Assembly (NCBI GenBank): GCA_965644265.1
Contig: OZ286477.1
Span: 27,094,001-27,158,000, forward strand
DNA length: 64,000 nt
Direction of reading: 5' to 3'
Source: Glycera tridactyla
Taxonomy: Eukaryota
The stretch's first letter is position 1. Each line of letters starts with the position of its first letter. The position numbers and the translations under genes are program-made. Below the pieces are notes generated by a model. The model was not told where the DNA came from. It ran no database searches and saw nothing but the letters and a program-made list of their open reading frames with translations. Below are positions 1 to 13,444 of the stretch, piece by piece.

Positions 1-1541
1 AAAAATATGCGGGTGATCCGCTTGAGAATTACATTCGCATGAACCTCAGCTTGGTTTTTGTTGGGTGAATGTCTATCATTAAAACCAGATTATTTCCTGA
101 AGAAAAAGTTGAAAGGAAAAGAAGTAGGGAATTGTAATTCTGAGATATAGCAATTGTCATGCGACTCATGCCTATGACATCGGATTTCCTGTCTGATGGC
201 TAATCAAATTCAGAGATTTCTTTCGAAAACCACTGTAATCTCGAAGCTCAGATTGCGAGGTCCCATATGGATTGCTATGCTCGGAATAACATGTGCTCAT
301 CCCATACCGATTGAATATCTAATCTTCATAAAAGTCCGAAAAATATCAAAGTTTTGCCCTTCAGGTGTGGAAATAGTTCACTAAAACGTAGTGAACTATT
401 GTGAATATATTTCATCCGAATTCTTTTAATTTTCATCAAAATATGTTGAAAGTTCAGAGGAAATCCGAGCCCAAAATGTTCAAGTCGACTGCGATATAGA
501 CACTTCTGTATTCATCACACGCGTGGCCAGATTTATTTCTTAAATTGAATGGCACAAGTAGCCAAATAAGAGTATTAGTTTCTGGATGAGTTATGTCGGA
601 TTGAGTAACTTTTCCTACTGCTTGACATATGTTACACTTTCTTTAATTTAACTTGGTTTTATGATGTGAATTCGTATTCTGAAACGTCGAAACAAGTTTG
701 CTACATTAGCCAACAGAAAATACATCCCAGTATGGATCATATATGAATAATTGGCATCAGCTATTCAAAAAGTAATCTATCATCTATCTTGATTATAAAC
801 AATTTATATCTAAAATTATAAACAATTTAAATCTTTTGTTTATCCATTTTTTTTTTCATTTATTCTCTCATCCACGCATTCAGCTATTTCTGCTCTCTCG
901 CAATATATAGGCCATTTATGCGTATATGTGAAGTCCATAATTCATGATTGAGGCACTTAATGACAAGATTCCATATTTTCTTCCCACAAGAAGTTTTCGC
1001 AAACAACACTCACGAATATATTGCTTTTAAATCCGCCTAAGCTAGATGTCGGTTGCTGATAGATTGGTGTTCTCATCGGGGGTGATTTCTCTCGCTGGTT
1101 TCCTGGCAATCTGAGGGTATTTCTTACTGAGCTGACACGCATCCAGCCAATACCTCCCATGTATATCCCTCTCACTTAACGCTTATATATTAACATCCTA
1201 CCATGGCATACATGACAAATTGAGCATATCCCATAACAAAAATAGACCTGCATAAGCAGGGAATTTATCGATTTTCAACCGCACCTTCACATCACGGGAG
1301 AGCGCGATGGCAGCTTCAAGTTATATTACTCCCCTGCAGGTTTTGCATGTGATCTCATTGAATATATCCTCACACTTGAGAAGGAGTGAGACAGGGTGGT
1401 ATGTAATTTAATGTAATTTAATGGAGCCAGCCACCTTAAGGCGCGAGCCTTCTCAACGGACACCGCATCCCACGAATGGAATTTCATTTGCACCTCGGAC
1501 CAAACGAATCTAATAAGCTTGCTTAAATTAGTGCTGATGAA

Positions 1542-1556
1542 CGCCACCTAGCGGCG
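1542..1556 (-). promoter_or_regulatory. CTCF-like binding site
   Basis: Minus strand reads CGCCGCTAGGTGGCG, close to the bilaterian CTCF core CCASYAGRKGGCRS. Confidence 0.45.
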
Positions 1557-1800
1557 GAAAAAACCGGAATGGATAGTTGCATCCTTCTCATCAAATATAT
1601 TTCTCATCTGAAACCTCTCCCTGATGCATGCTCATGCAGATTACTCTCCTTTTTTTCCTACCTGGATTAGTTCTTTTTTTCCTAGAAAACTCAATTTTTT
1701 ATTCCCAGTTCACTCTCGAGTGATGGCCATAGCAAAGTGATCCAATTCCCAGAATATCTCACTGTCAGTTGCCCCTTGCATTGATATGAATTTCATGGAT

Positions 1801-1983
1801 CGGCGATGCCAATTTTCAGGAGATCCCTCGAATTTCGAAAATTTGTCAGAAATGTCTATGTACAGAATTTGCTGGGATTTGGCTGAATGTTTCAAATCAG
1901 CAGATTTTTATAAGTATATGGGGTAGTTTCAGGAAAGTTGGTCAGGTTACAGGAGATTCAGCCCCAGTGTAGTAGTATCACAA
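1801..1983. mobile_element. MITE, CAGTGATG-terminus family (degenerate copy)
   Basis: Starts CGGCGATGCCAA and ends with a decayed TIR (GTAGTATCACAA). Flanked by the exact 6-bp duplication ATGGAT (1795-1800 and 1984-1989). Internal GGGGTAGTTTCAGGAAA is shared with other copies. Confidence 0.7.
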
Positions 1984-3367
1984 ATGGATGAAATAAGAAG
2001 GATGTTATTTCCTGTAAGTCATAGCTTTCGATTNNNNNNNNNNNNNNNNNNNNNNNNNNNNNNNNNNNNNNNNNNNNNNNNNNNNNNNNNNNNNNNNNNN
2101 NNNNNNNNNNNNNNNNNNNNNNNNNNNNNNNNNNNNNNNNNNNNNNNNNNNNNNNNNNNNNNNNNNNNNNNNNNNNNNNNNNCTGTATGTGCGATAAAAA
2201 GGCTGATTGATTACTTAGGTAACACTTAACCTCTCTTCAAAAGCTAATGGTCGCGATAAGTAATTGGCACGTTTGTCATATAGTAACTGGGCTAATCCAT
2301 ATCAGGCTCACGAGTCAGGGAGATATATGGTAATATATGTAGATATGTCAGGCTGGCGATTTTTCAAGCAAGAATCAGTGACGACTAGGTGATAGCCACC
2401 TTTCCGAGATACCAAGGATACATCCCATTGCCAGAAGGCCGTGTTTATCCATATTAATCTTTCCTAGTTGCCTCCTAGGCCAGTGGCCCTGACATGTCAA
2501 TACAAGGCAATATTAGATGGTAGATTCTGTATAGTGCAGAGGAGGCCATCTATTGATTTTGTGATTTTGCTGCGTGACTACAAACTAGTTTATTTATAGC
2601 TTCCGACGATTATTTTCCCCCGGTTCAGTTATCAAGAACACAGCATATACAGCACATATGACATGCAAAACTACATTTTTCTACAGATACATCTTTTTTT
2701 TCTGAATGCCTGAAAGCGATTCCAGAACTGCTATCAGTCATACACATTGCTACTATTTTAGCGAAACAGATATAGGTAGGATTTTCAGAATCTGAACATA
2801 TTTGCATAGATATTCACCATCATGAATTTCCGAGAAAATAGAAGTATACATTCGGGACATGATGGCAAATTTCGGCCAAATTTCTGCCTCTGTAAAATGA
2901 GATGAACATGTTTTGATTGATTTTATGCAATCTGGTCACAAGTATCCGAAGTGCTGCTTTTCCAAAAGAAAACTCTCTCTGACATCTCCATGTATTAAGA
3001 ACACTCATACTTGTACAACAATTAGGATGTTATTTTCTCATGCTGAGCCATTGCATTAAAATATCATCCATCATCTCACTTCTAAGGCAACAGCCTAAAT
3101 ATTTATCGTGGATATCTAAGGAATATATTTCCTTGTAATGTTCGACAGAGATAGGTTTTATCAAATCCAATTACCCCCATCGAAAATAGTGACTCCGCAG
3201 ATAGCAAACAGAGAAACAATGTTCTGTGAATGCCATGATCCCAAATTTGATTGAATTATGAGTGAAAAATCTTGAGCTGTCAATTCAGTCCGTATTATTC
3301 TGGGCTATCCCGAAGACTAAGCGACTACAGTGAACTACATGTATACATCTGTATGTCATAATCTCGG

Positions 3368-3553
3368 ATGTACTCATCCATCAAAATCAGAGGTATGTCT
3401 GCATTCCTATAAACGACTTCACAATTTATAATATATAATCCTTTCCTGACAGTGAGACGACGGAAATACTCAGCTTTCTTGGTGATTTCCCTTGGAGCTT
3501 CACTGCTGATGTTGATGTATGACTATAACGATATTGCTTTTCATATGAATTGA
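3368..3553 (+). CDS. Candidate two-exon 41-aa signal-anchor micropeptide, or the N-terminus of a type II membrane protein
   Basis: Exon 3368-3392 (donor AG|gtatgt), 60-nt intron, exon 3453-3553 (acceptor ctttcctgacag). Translation: MYSSIKIRVRRRKYSAFLVISLGASLLMLMYDYNDIAFHMN*. Confidence 0.3.
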
Positions 3554-6089
3554 CGCGACAATGTCATGTGGGTCACCCGGCCTGTCTACTTATCTGGGCC
3601 ACACAAGTCCCTGAAATATTGACCAAATATTGTAGAGCTTTAACAAATTTTACCTCACGTGAGATGAATTTATGAGTTGACAGCTTCCATCTTGACTGAT
3701 CTTTTTTATAATCTTTTGAGGAATGGCACTGGTCAGCAACTCATATTCGTGTGGGTGTGTGTGAGTGTGGGCATGGTTTTTTGTGCATGAAGGTGTTGGT
3801 GTATTTTCAATATGCCTTCTATTTCTCGAGAAAAAAAATCGGGTTCTCTCCTAATACCCCTTTCAATACTCTTTTTGCTTCATTCTATCATTATCGTTAG
3901 ATATTGCCAGCATTATCATTTTTTTCATCAGTGGATATTGACATCATCCGAGATGCCAAATATCTTGGTTTCCTAGTTATGAAAACCGAATTTCAAATAT
4001 ATTCATCTGACACCAATTCAAGAGATTTCGATGAATACTATTCGTTTCATGTGTTCAGGATATGTCATCTTTTTCGTATTCAGCAGATGTTAGCACTCAC
4101 GAAGACAGGCCAGTGAGCAGATGTTTGCGTGTATGATTGTGCTCATGATCACAATGGGGAGTGAGCATGTGAGCCCATGATGAACAGGTAACATATCCGA
4201 GGGCATAGCACGAGGTGGAAGACAGAATCTCCCCAATAGATTATGATGTCAGCGGGGTAATTTGTCCCACTAGGCCTGCAAGCCCCACAATCGATAGGCC
4301 GCGTTCGGTTCGTGACAACTTGTTTTATGCGTTGCCATTGATATATACGAGCAGTCCAAGCGGGTCGGTATTAAGCACACATTTATATCATTGTTTTATA
4401 CTAGCTGAAAGAGTCAACAATAATCTCCGATGAGACAGGAGATTTACAGATGAGCATGCAGATTTACACAGGCAGACATCTTGGATAACGGATGGGATCA
4501 GTCCGATTCTGCCTGACTTAACCCCACACACCTGCTAGCTCCCAATTCCATTCGATTCCACCATTATTCAATCAATCATTCCCACAGAGTTGCTGACCAT
4601 TACAATTTTGTTGTAGTCATTCATTAGGTTGTCCCATCCATTACAGCATTTCAAGCACTCCCAAGAAATTATGACCTGTCTTGTTTCATCAAAAGATGCC
4701 AAGGATCCGGAAAAAATGTGCTCACCATTACGGTTGTTTAGTTGACATACACTCGGTTCGAGCAGGTATTTTAATAGAGGCCCAAAATTTAGAATAGTGT
4801 TGGTTCATTCAAAAACCTTATGGTGAGTCGCTGGGTCATTGCGCATATAGTAACCATTACCCAGAAACAACGGTGCTATGACTATTCTCGTTCATGAGAG
4901 AAAAAAATGATCCCCATTACAATCTTGGGGTATGGATCCATTCATGTGTATATTCATTGTGAAATGTCAAGCAGTCAATAAATGTAGGCCCTGTCTCTGG
5001 GTTTATTACAAATACTGGTATAATTACTTCAATGCATGTGTATCCTTAATAGTTTTCCTCGTCACAGAATGTCAGAGATTCTGAGAAAGTTGCTTAAAGT
5101 TGCTCAATATTATAATCTTGTAGTGGTTATTCGCTGGGTTTCTTGACCTTTTTTTTGGCATTTCAAGCCGTTTCAAGAAATTAGCACGTATCTCGGGTCA
5201 TTAGAGACTATGTTCATCAGTGGCAAGTACGCGGAATGACTTCTTCATTCACGAATGTTAAAATTATATCACTGCTGCTGTCAAAGTTCAGAAATTTTTC
5301 ATCCTCGAATTTGTAAAATCAAAATCCATATTTTCTTGCAGCAATATACACCCACAAAAGGCTTATGATCAGAAAATTCTTAGCCGAATTCCGAATGGAA
5401 TACACTGATGGACCTGAGGGAAATGAGTGCACTGGATGGATTACACTACTCAAAAAATGCTGACCCACAATTTGTCATCACCTAATCCCCCCGACATTAA
5501 TCTGTGGAGTATTCGACATAGGTCATCCGAGAAAAATCAAGTTTAAGCTGTGATTTTGATTTATTGTTATTGGAGTGTTTTTCAGTGAAACTTTGCTGGT
5601 GGTACTGTTGAATATGTAACAGTTCCTTTTTTTACCCCAGAACTCATGTTCAGTAATTGATGATTGCTACTCTGCTTTGGTTTCCACCTAATCTGGTGGT
5701 ACTAGTTACATGGAAAAGGTCGAGTTCCTGGACTATTTATCTTGTATTTTTTTCGAATCTGCTTTTTCATCCATCTGTCCAGTATCCGAAAGTCTGCATC
5801 ACCAGGTTTATAGGATAGCTAAATATGTACGCGAATTACATATTCTCACCGCATATCGTCAAACCTTTTTTCTTGAAACAACAAAACATTGAACGTCTAC
5901 ATTCAGATTCAAATTTCACATATTCGCCGAAGATATCGTATCTTATTTCTCTAAGAAATTGAGATATTGGATATCTATGTCTGTGATTAGAATTTACATG
6001 AAATGATATACCATTCAGTAGATATTACAACTTGTCTTGATACCGCACCCCAGGGATGTTCACTGCGATATGTGGATAAGTGTTATCAT

Positions 6090-6269
6090 CAGTGGTGCCA
6101 ATTTTGCGAAAATTTTCGGAAATCCGAGAATTTGGTGCAAAAAAAATTCCGAAATTGCTGAAATCTGTTTGGGAGTTTCAGAACAGATACCTCTGATGAT
6201 ATGATGGGGCAGCTTCAGAAAATGTTCCTATATTTCCGAAAATTCAGCTTCATCCCATTGGCATCACTG
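6090..6269. mobile_element. MITE, CAGTGATG-terminus family
   Basis: TIRs CAGTGGTGCCAA...TTGGCATCACTG with exact 6-bp TSD TATCAT. Alignable along its length to 38011-38189. Confidence 0.85.
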
Positions 6270-8029
6270 TATCATTTTGGGTCAATTTTGGGGTATTTCG
6301 CGTCAAACGTCACACCAGTAAATCCAGACTTATCGCAAATATTGGCACCATTTCTATGTTCACTCAGTGGGCAACTGGCATTGATGTTAATATCAATATA
6401 AGAAATGTACACGATATGGTCATTCTCACTTTAGCAGAAACCCAACCGATAGTCAGTATATATACCACGCTCCCAACAGTTGGAGTCTCCGACTGGATAA
6501 ATATTACATGGTGGCAGAGGTCTAGCCAGCCGGTACACATGCGCAGTGGTGTCTAATCTACACTGGAGCTATTTTGGCAGCGATCAGCCTGGATTAGACA
6601 AAATAATAATCCACCCAGTACCTAGCCTAATCACCCTATACACTCCCATCAACGAGATCAAGCACTTTTACCAGGACATACATAATATCAATTTCCCGCC
6701 ATTCGACATGGCAGACACCAACATAGTCCTGGGTCTATATTACATATCCACCAGTCTAGCGTGTCACAAGTTTTGAAAATCAACTGACTGATGGTACTAT
6801 TCTCACTGGGTGTCAACCCATTGATCTTTGAGTTATCACAAGCACTCTTGTCATTGGTCGCTTGCTGGAGATGATATTTTGTCTCGATCGCCATTAGCAA
6901 GGCATTTATGAGCCATATTTCAGTAGGCATGTGATTTAGACCCCCATAGATGCGCACTAAAACGCGGCGCCTCCAAAATATGAACTAGTTCCATCTCTCT
7001 CAAGGGGGTGGCTACCGTCAGGCAAGTGTGGTAATATACCAGTAGTATCTTTGTTCCTCTCACCCCGAATCATCGTGATAATTACCCAATAAATAGATGA
7101 ATCTCTTAACAAATGCAGATTTGGATCACGGGAGAATTGTGAGCACGGTTAGAGGGTGAAGTACTTGTCAGGAGCCGTCCAGAGCCCCCGCTCAAGCGGG
7201 TTTTTTATGCGGCCGTAAAAGGGGCAATTGCGCGGTAATCTATGTAGCCATATTTGTGTTGGAAGGGTGACTCGCAGGGAGTTGATGCCCTGCTATTTGA
7301 ATTTATTGCAACAAACGGTAGACTTGTGAGCAATAACCTAGACAAGCCCGTTAGTGTATTGGTTAGTACCGGCCATGCTTCTGCATCGGACGCATCTTGT
7401 TCTTTTACCCCGGTCCTACATGCCTGGTGCCGTCTCCAAATCTACTTGCCCCCTTCCCCCGGACTACCAAAAAGCCTCGAGTATTGCTACCGTCTTCCAA
7501 TGGATCCGACAAAGTACGGCAAACAAAGACCGAAACCCACGGATTATGCAGGCCTGGTCAATGCTCTGCTCTTATATTGTAATTTTCAGGAGTGATTTTC
7601 TTGGTGGAAAATTCCCGGGAAAATTTCTGCCAATACGTGGAGTATATATTCCTCAAAATTAAGGAAAATCCGTGCTGAAAATACCTTTTGTGGATGGTTT
7701 TCCTGTACCTGAATTTAGGGAAATATGAGTATATTTTCTTGAATTTGTGAAATGAAAACTAGAAGTGAATATATTGAAATTCCATATGAGAATTTCCGAT
7801 ATATTCAGTGACCGCGGGATTTTGATTGGATTGGATTGGATGATGTTTTTCCACTGTAGAAATCCGTCGAGGATATACACGCAAGAAGTTGGGATCTTAT
7901 CGGCTTGAATAATTTATACGTATGTGAAAACCCATCACTGAAAGTTGACTCGATGGTTTGTGAAATTCGGAGCTAATTCATGTCCACTTGATTGAAGCGC
8001 ACAAAATGAATTTTGTACGAATTGCCCCG

Positions 8030-8640
8030 GCTTTGGCGCAAAGCGCCATCGGATTAAATGACGAAATGGGCTCAAAGTGGGGCCATTGCTGGCTGGATGT
8101 TAATTCTACAGCTAGCTATATGTGTCTACTCCGCGAAAATGGCAAAATGGGGTACCTTACTGGACGGGCTAAAACGGTGAGTAAAATCTCCAAGCATCAA
8201 TTTATATAAGTCAACTAACAGATACATTGCATTGGAAATATGGCCGCCAGAGCTGAGCGCGCCTTGTCGTAGAACCACGTGATCTGCGCTGGCCAATCAG
8301 CGCACGCTATCGCGCGAACCTTGGGTGTCAATTGAAGTTGTGAGAGAAGATTGGCAATTAGCAGGGCTTTTCCGCTTGATGTTTTCCCTGGTAGAATGAC
8401 GTAAAGTTGCGATGGAAATAAATTCCTTGCCCCTCTTGCAAATCCCGATGCCGGATTCACTTCGCGCGGTCATTTCTTAAACGACGAAGCCATCCATTTT
8501 GCGGTGAACGCTGGCGGCCATTTTGAATTCGCAATCATCGGTCTTAGCCTACCGGAGACGTCGGGACCATCTTATATATCCCGCTCAACATATGTATTCC
8601 GGACGTCAACGTCCATTTTACGTTGTGGACGTCACAGAAA
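8030..8640. promoter_or_regulatory. CpG-rich promoter-like island
   Basis: High CpG density, E-box CCACGTG, CCAATCAG, YY1-like GGCGGCCATTTTG (8513-8525), several GACGTC motifs, donor-like ACG|gtgagt near 8178. Confidence 0.5.
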
Positions 8641-9349
8641 CGTATATGAGTCAATCTGTTCGATAATGAATAGGCAAGATAATTCGCTCAAACGCCATCC
8701 AGATGATTATTCANNNNNNNNNNNNNNNNNNNNNNNNNNNNNNNNNNNNNNNNNNNNNNNNNNNNNNNNNNNNNNNNNNNNNNNNNNNNNNNNNNNNNNN
8801 NNNNNNNNNNNNNNNNNNNNNNNNNNNNNNNNNNNNNNNNNNNNNNNNNNNNNNNNNNNNNNNNNNNNNNNNNNNNNNNNNNNNNNNNNNNNNNNNTGTG
8901 GGTGTGTGTGGGGCAGGGAGAGGGTTATTTCCATGACTTTTTCTACTGTGAGACGCATTATTAGCACATGTCCATAATACTCCGATTCGTTGGCCCAAGT
9001 TTATATCTGATGACTCAAACTCATTGGATCCATTTCCATTTCACATGCAAGTAAATTCTGTGGAAATGGTAGGATTTTTTTCATGTAGCACTGCGGGTTG
9101 AAGAGAGGGAAAAATAAATCAGATATTACTTCCGACAAAGTCAGGCACAGTTGGTATCTTTTCATACAAATCATATGTAAATAGATGTGAACTGTAATTT
9201 GGTTAGATTCCATGGTATTTTGAATGATATATAGCGCATGGAGTATCACTTGAAGTGATGACCTTTCCTAAAGAATTAGCAGGTACCTGGTTTTTGTAGA
9301 ACATTTTCAAAGCATCACTGTCTGCTTCTCTCACTTTCTCCCTCACTCT

Positions 9350-9610
9350 GTTCATGTTTCTGTCTGTCTGTCAATCTGTCTGCCCGTCCGTCTGTTTGTC
9401 TGTCTGTCTGTATGTCTTTTCTCCCCCTCCATCTCTGTCTGTCTGTCTGTCTCGCTGTCTGTCTGTCACTGTCTCTATCTCTATCTCTATCCCTTTCTTC
9501 CCTTCTTCTCTCTCTCCCTTTCTCTCTTTTCTCTCTTTCTCTCTCCCACTCTCTCTTGTCTCTGCTCTGATCTGCGCTACTTCACTCTCATCTTCCCCTC
9601 TCTTTCTCTT
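9350..9610. repeat. (TCTG)n/(TC)n microsatellite
   Basis: Direct reading; explains ORFs 9354..9743 and 9371..9661. Confidence 0.95.
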
Positions 9611-10423
9611 CATCAAACGTATCCCGTTTGGCTTGTCATTTATATCCCATTCTCTGTCCATACTCTTCGCAAGCGATTGGGTTCTCAGTAGACATACAGT
9701 AGGCAGGTCTGTTCAGTTGGCGGAGTATTGTAGATGGCGTTAGGTATTGGTCCGGTCGCTTTAGAGGGGTACAAGATGGCGGCACGATGGGGGGGGGGGG
9801 GGGGCATGCAATAAGCACGGCCCATCGCGGTCTTTATGGAGCTCACCAGCTCCTTTGATAAATCAAACCAGCACTCCTCTCCGCGGCAAAACCACGTGGC
9901 TTATTTGCATACCAATTCACCATTCTTCACTGAATCCTTTGAATTCGCATACTTTCGACCACACCCCATTTTCTCGATTGTACTGAACCTGAGCCTCCGA
10001 CTCTGAACATGATCCATGAGGCTAAATATATGGAGGTTGTATCCTGATAGGAGAATAAAAGCATTTATAACCCCCAATTGGGTATATGGGTTTGAGGTTA
10101 GAATAAGATTGGTTGGGGTGACATATATATAGTTCGCATTTATGATACAAGTTTAACCATTAATGATAAAAAACCTAAACCAAGGAAGCAATACGCACCA
10201 TTGTCATTTTTGAAAGGTTTTGGTATGGAGAATCTAGATCAGAGTGCAGACGTGCAGGCATATGGACTGTTACATAAGTACGTAATTCAAACTCATAACC
10301 TTCTACAATCAGATGCCCAATTTGGCCTTCCTTTTCCAGAAATTTACATTTGTCTCCTGAGTTTGTTGATCGATGTATTGAGGTGATTGCAGAAAGTGGA
10401 CCCTTTAGGGGTTTCACGGTGTA

Positions 10424-10562
10424 CGGTGATGCAAGTTTTCAGGAGCTTTCCTGAATTTCGCAAATTTGTCATGAATTTCGAATTCTGAAAGTTTCGAGTC
10501 TGGGGCTTTCGAAAGTATGGACGGGGGGTAGTTTCAGGAAATTCAGTGCTATTGCATCACTG
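10424..10562. mobile_element. MITE, CAGTGATG-terminus family (short variant)
   Basis: TIRs CGGTGATGCAA...TTGCATCACTG with exact 6-bp TSD GGTGTA (10418-10423 and 10563-10568). Confidence 0.8.
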
Positions 10563-11238
10563 GGTGTAGGAACTTACAATGCAGATGCATACAATGCAAA
10601 GCAGCTGCGAAGCAGGGGGGGGGCGGAAAAGAGGGGGGGGAGCTATTAAGAGAGGAGAGAAGTTGAGATGGAAAGAATAAGAACGGAGTTTAGGACGAAA
10701 GAAGAGAAAGAGGAGGACAAAGATGGGAGAGATGTATCCTAATTGCTTTCAGGGGACAGAAGTCTCACAGTATTTATACAAATTCTCAGAAAGAACAAAA
10801 AGGAGCAAAAATAGAGAAGGTAACTGATGCTGGCAGTTAATGATATATACCGGAGGTTTATCAATGATGTACGTGGAGGGATATTTGTTCAGACTTGGCC
10901 AGGTAATCCTTGCATAATCCAGTCATAACTCAGAAGGAATTATTGATATTAATGATAATGGCCGATACCCATTTATCGCACCACCCACGTAAGCACGTCT
11001 ATACTGATGACAGCATAATCATACCTTATGTTGTATATATGGGAAAATCAGAAGCAAATAAACTCCTATCTGTGAACCTGTATGCATCATTGTGAGGCGA
11101 TTTCTCAAGCATGGTATGGTCGTATGCGATATGACTGCTGTCTCAACAGGGGTTTGGTCTTGGCATTCCATTAGGCTCTGGACTTAGAAGTATTCAAGAG
11201 AACAGAAGGACAGTAACATTCGTAGTGTTTATGACCGG

Positions 11239-11935
11239 NNNNNNNNNNNNNNNNNNNNNNNNNNNNNNNNNNNNNNNNNNNNNNNNNNNNNNNNNNNNNN
11301 NNNNNNNNNNNNNNNNNNNNNNNNNNNNNNNNNNNNNNNNNNNNNNNNNNNNNNNNNNNNNNNNNNNNNNNNNNNNNNNNNNNNNNNNNNNNNNNNNNGT
11401 ATGTCGGTGGGTAGATAGGTAGCAAGGTTGATAGGTGGGAAGGTATATGGGCAGACAGCATGGTATATAGTTAGAGAGCAAGAAGCTAGGTAGGAAGCAT
11501 GATGCAGGAATCTAGGTGTATTGTCCATGTAGGGGCTAGAGGTTGGTAGGTAGCTAGGTAGCGTGGTGGGTGGGTGGGTAGTCAGATGAACAGGCTGATA
11601 GCTACATGGGTAGGCAGGTAGGTGGGTGAATCTATAGATGGGTNNNNNNNNNNNNNNNNNNNNNNNNNNNNNNNNNNNNNNNNNNNNNNNNNNNNNNNNN
11701 NNNNNNNNNNNNNNNNNNNNNNNNNNNNNNNNNNNNNNNNNNNNNNNNNNNNNNNNNNNNNNNNNNNNNNNNNNNNNNNNNNNNNNNNNNNNNNNNNNNN
11801 GTCAGGTAGGTAGGCAGGTAGGTAGGTAGGTAGGTAGTTAGGTAGGTGGGTAGGAAAAGGTAGGTATAGGTAGGTAGGTAAGTAGGTAGAGATGTGAGTG
11901 AGTGGGTGACATGATAGGTAGATGAGTAAGTAGGT
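11239..11935. repeat. (GGTA)n-type microsatellite region, partly N-masked
   Basis: GGTA/GGCA/GGTG tetramers flank two N runs. Confidence 0.9.
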
Positions 11936-13372
11936 AGAATGGGTCGTTACTAGTATTTCGAACATTGGTGGTTAAAGATTGAGGCAGTAAGGTAAGTAGC
12001 TGAATTTGTGGCAGTGGAAGATGGAGGTTGGTTCTCCCGAATATACAAGTGCAGGGTGGTATGCAAACATACACTTGTTTAAGCCAACATTCTGATGAAT
12101 ACTTCGGCTGAAGGATATATTCCAGGACTATCATACCAGGATAGTAAATCTAAATAGTATGGTTCACAATATGGCATCTTCAACAAGGTCACCAAAATAA
12201 CATTATATCTAGCAGTGCTCTCCAAGCATAAGCCTTCATCAAAGTCCCTGAGTAATTTACAGCCTTATATCTACATATAACTTGGCAGGGCATGATAATG
12301 GAAGATCATCATAAATAACTTACAAGGGCACATGGGAACAGACAATGTTAGTCGATTCAGACATAGGAACCCTTTACAGACGGTTCTTGGTAGAAATAAA
12401 ATGGAAAGATGAATCTGCTGCTGTCGTGATTGAATATTGTCCAGACCGATAATATTGAGTGTATTTCCTGTGTTCAATTCTGAAGGTCATAATTGGCATT
12501 TTTGATCACTTTATAACATAGATGGTCCTCCGACAGTTAGCAACTATATGAACAAAGTTAACATTTTTTCGTTAGATATTTCAATGATCTCTTTATTTCT
12601 AATTTTTCTTGATTTTCAAACAATTGTATTGATTTCTCGCATATTGGCGGTCACAGAAATATAACCTGTAGGATGAGTTGACACTCACAACAGAAGTTGA
12701 AGGAACACATGGCAAAAGCTGGGTTAGCAGGGGTGCAACGGCTTGTTTAGCATGCATATATTCTATTTATTGCGCAAGTGGACCCAAGTGGTTGACTTTG
12801 TACTATTAGATTTATTTTTATTACCCATTTGTGGGCCCCATGAAAGGCGTCTCAGTGCCTCTAAGAGAAGCTAGCTTGGTTGGTGCGGTCTCAGTCCGCC
12901 GACGGTGGCGCTCTCCAGTGGTGGGATGGCTACAACTCTGGAGGCAGCGGTGATGGCGGAGCGCTAGGCAACAAGATGCCATCTGAACCCCATCTGGTCG
13001 CCATTTCTACCCGATTGCCGAATATCAGGAGGTGACAGTCGACTTGGTCAAGATTTCATTCACAATGGTACTTAAATTTCTTATCGATATACTGTTCATT
13101 TGGACGCCATACTCGACACTGGTCTATGGTGGAGACACGAACCACTTTTTTACCTCTGTCAGTGGTGATGTCTGGGAAACCATCGACTTTGTTGAAACGG
13201 CGATTTTGATTGGTCGATCGCGCGGTAGCCCTGCTGGAGCTACGAAAATAGTTCCGGACCGAAAAAAATGTCTCGGGCCCAATGCAAACTTTGAAAAGAC
13301 TATGAGTTGCCGGGCATTTTCTGACTACATTAAGAAAATTTGCCATTAAATTTGATTTGTGTCTGTTTAAAG

Positions 13373-13444
13373 GAGGAGCCCGTTGACGATTACCGGTCAG
13401 GAAAGAACCCCCGGCACCAGGAGCATCGGCACCACACAGTGGGG
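13373..13444 (+). CDS. Candidate internal exon, unknown protein
   Basis: Acceptor gtctgtttaaag, donor GGG|gtgagt, 72 nt; phase-0 frame EEPVDDYRSGKNPRHQEHRHHTVG. No recognisable homology. Confidence 0.2.

Noticed and set aside
372-400. 12-bp-stem hairpin AATAGTTCACTA/TAGTGAACTATT
   Set aside because: Isolated and AT-rich, with no associated termini or second copy found; likely part of an unrecognised repeat.
1535-1562. CTGATGA...GAAA hammerhead-like core
   Set aside because: Stem II does not close directly on the core (A opposite G) and stems I/III are missing; the CTCF-like motif explains the sequence better.
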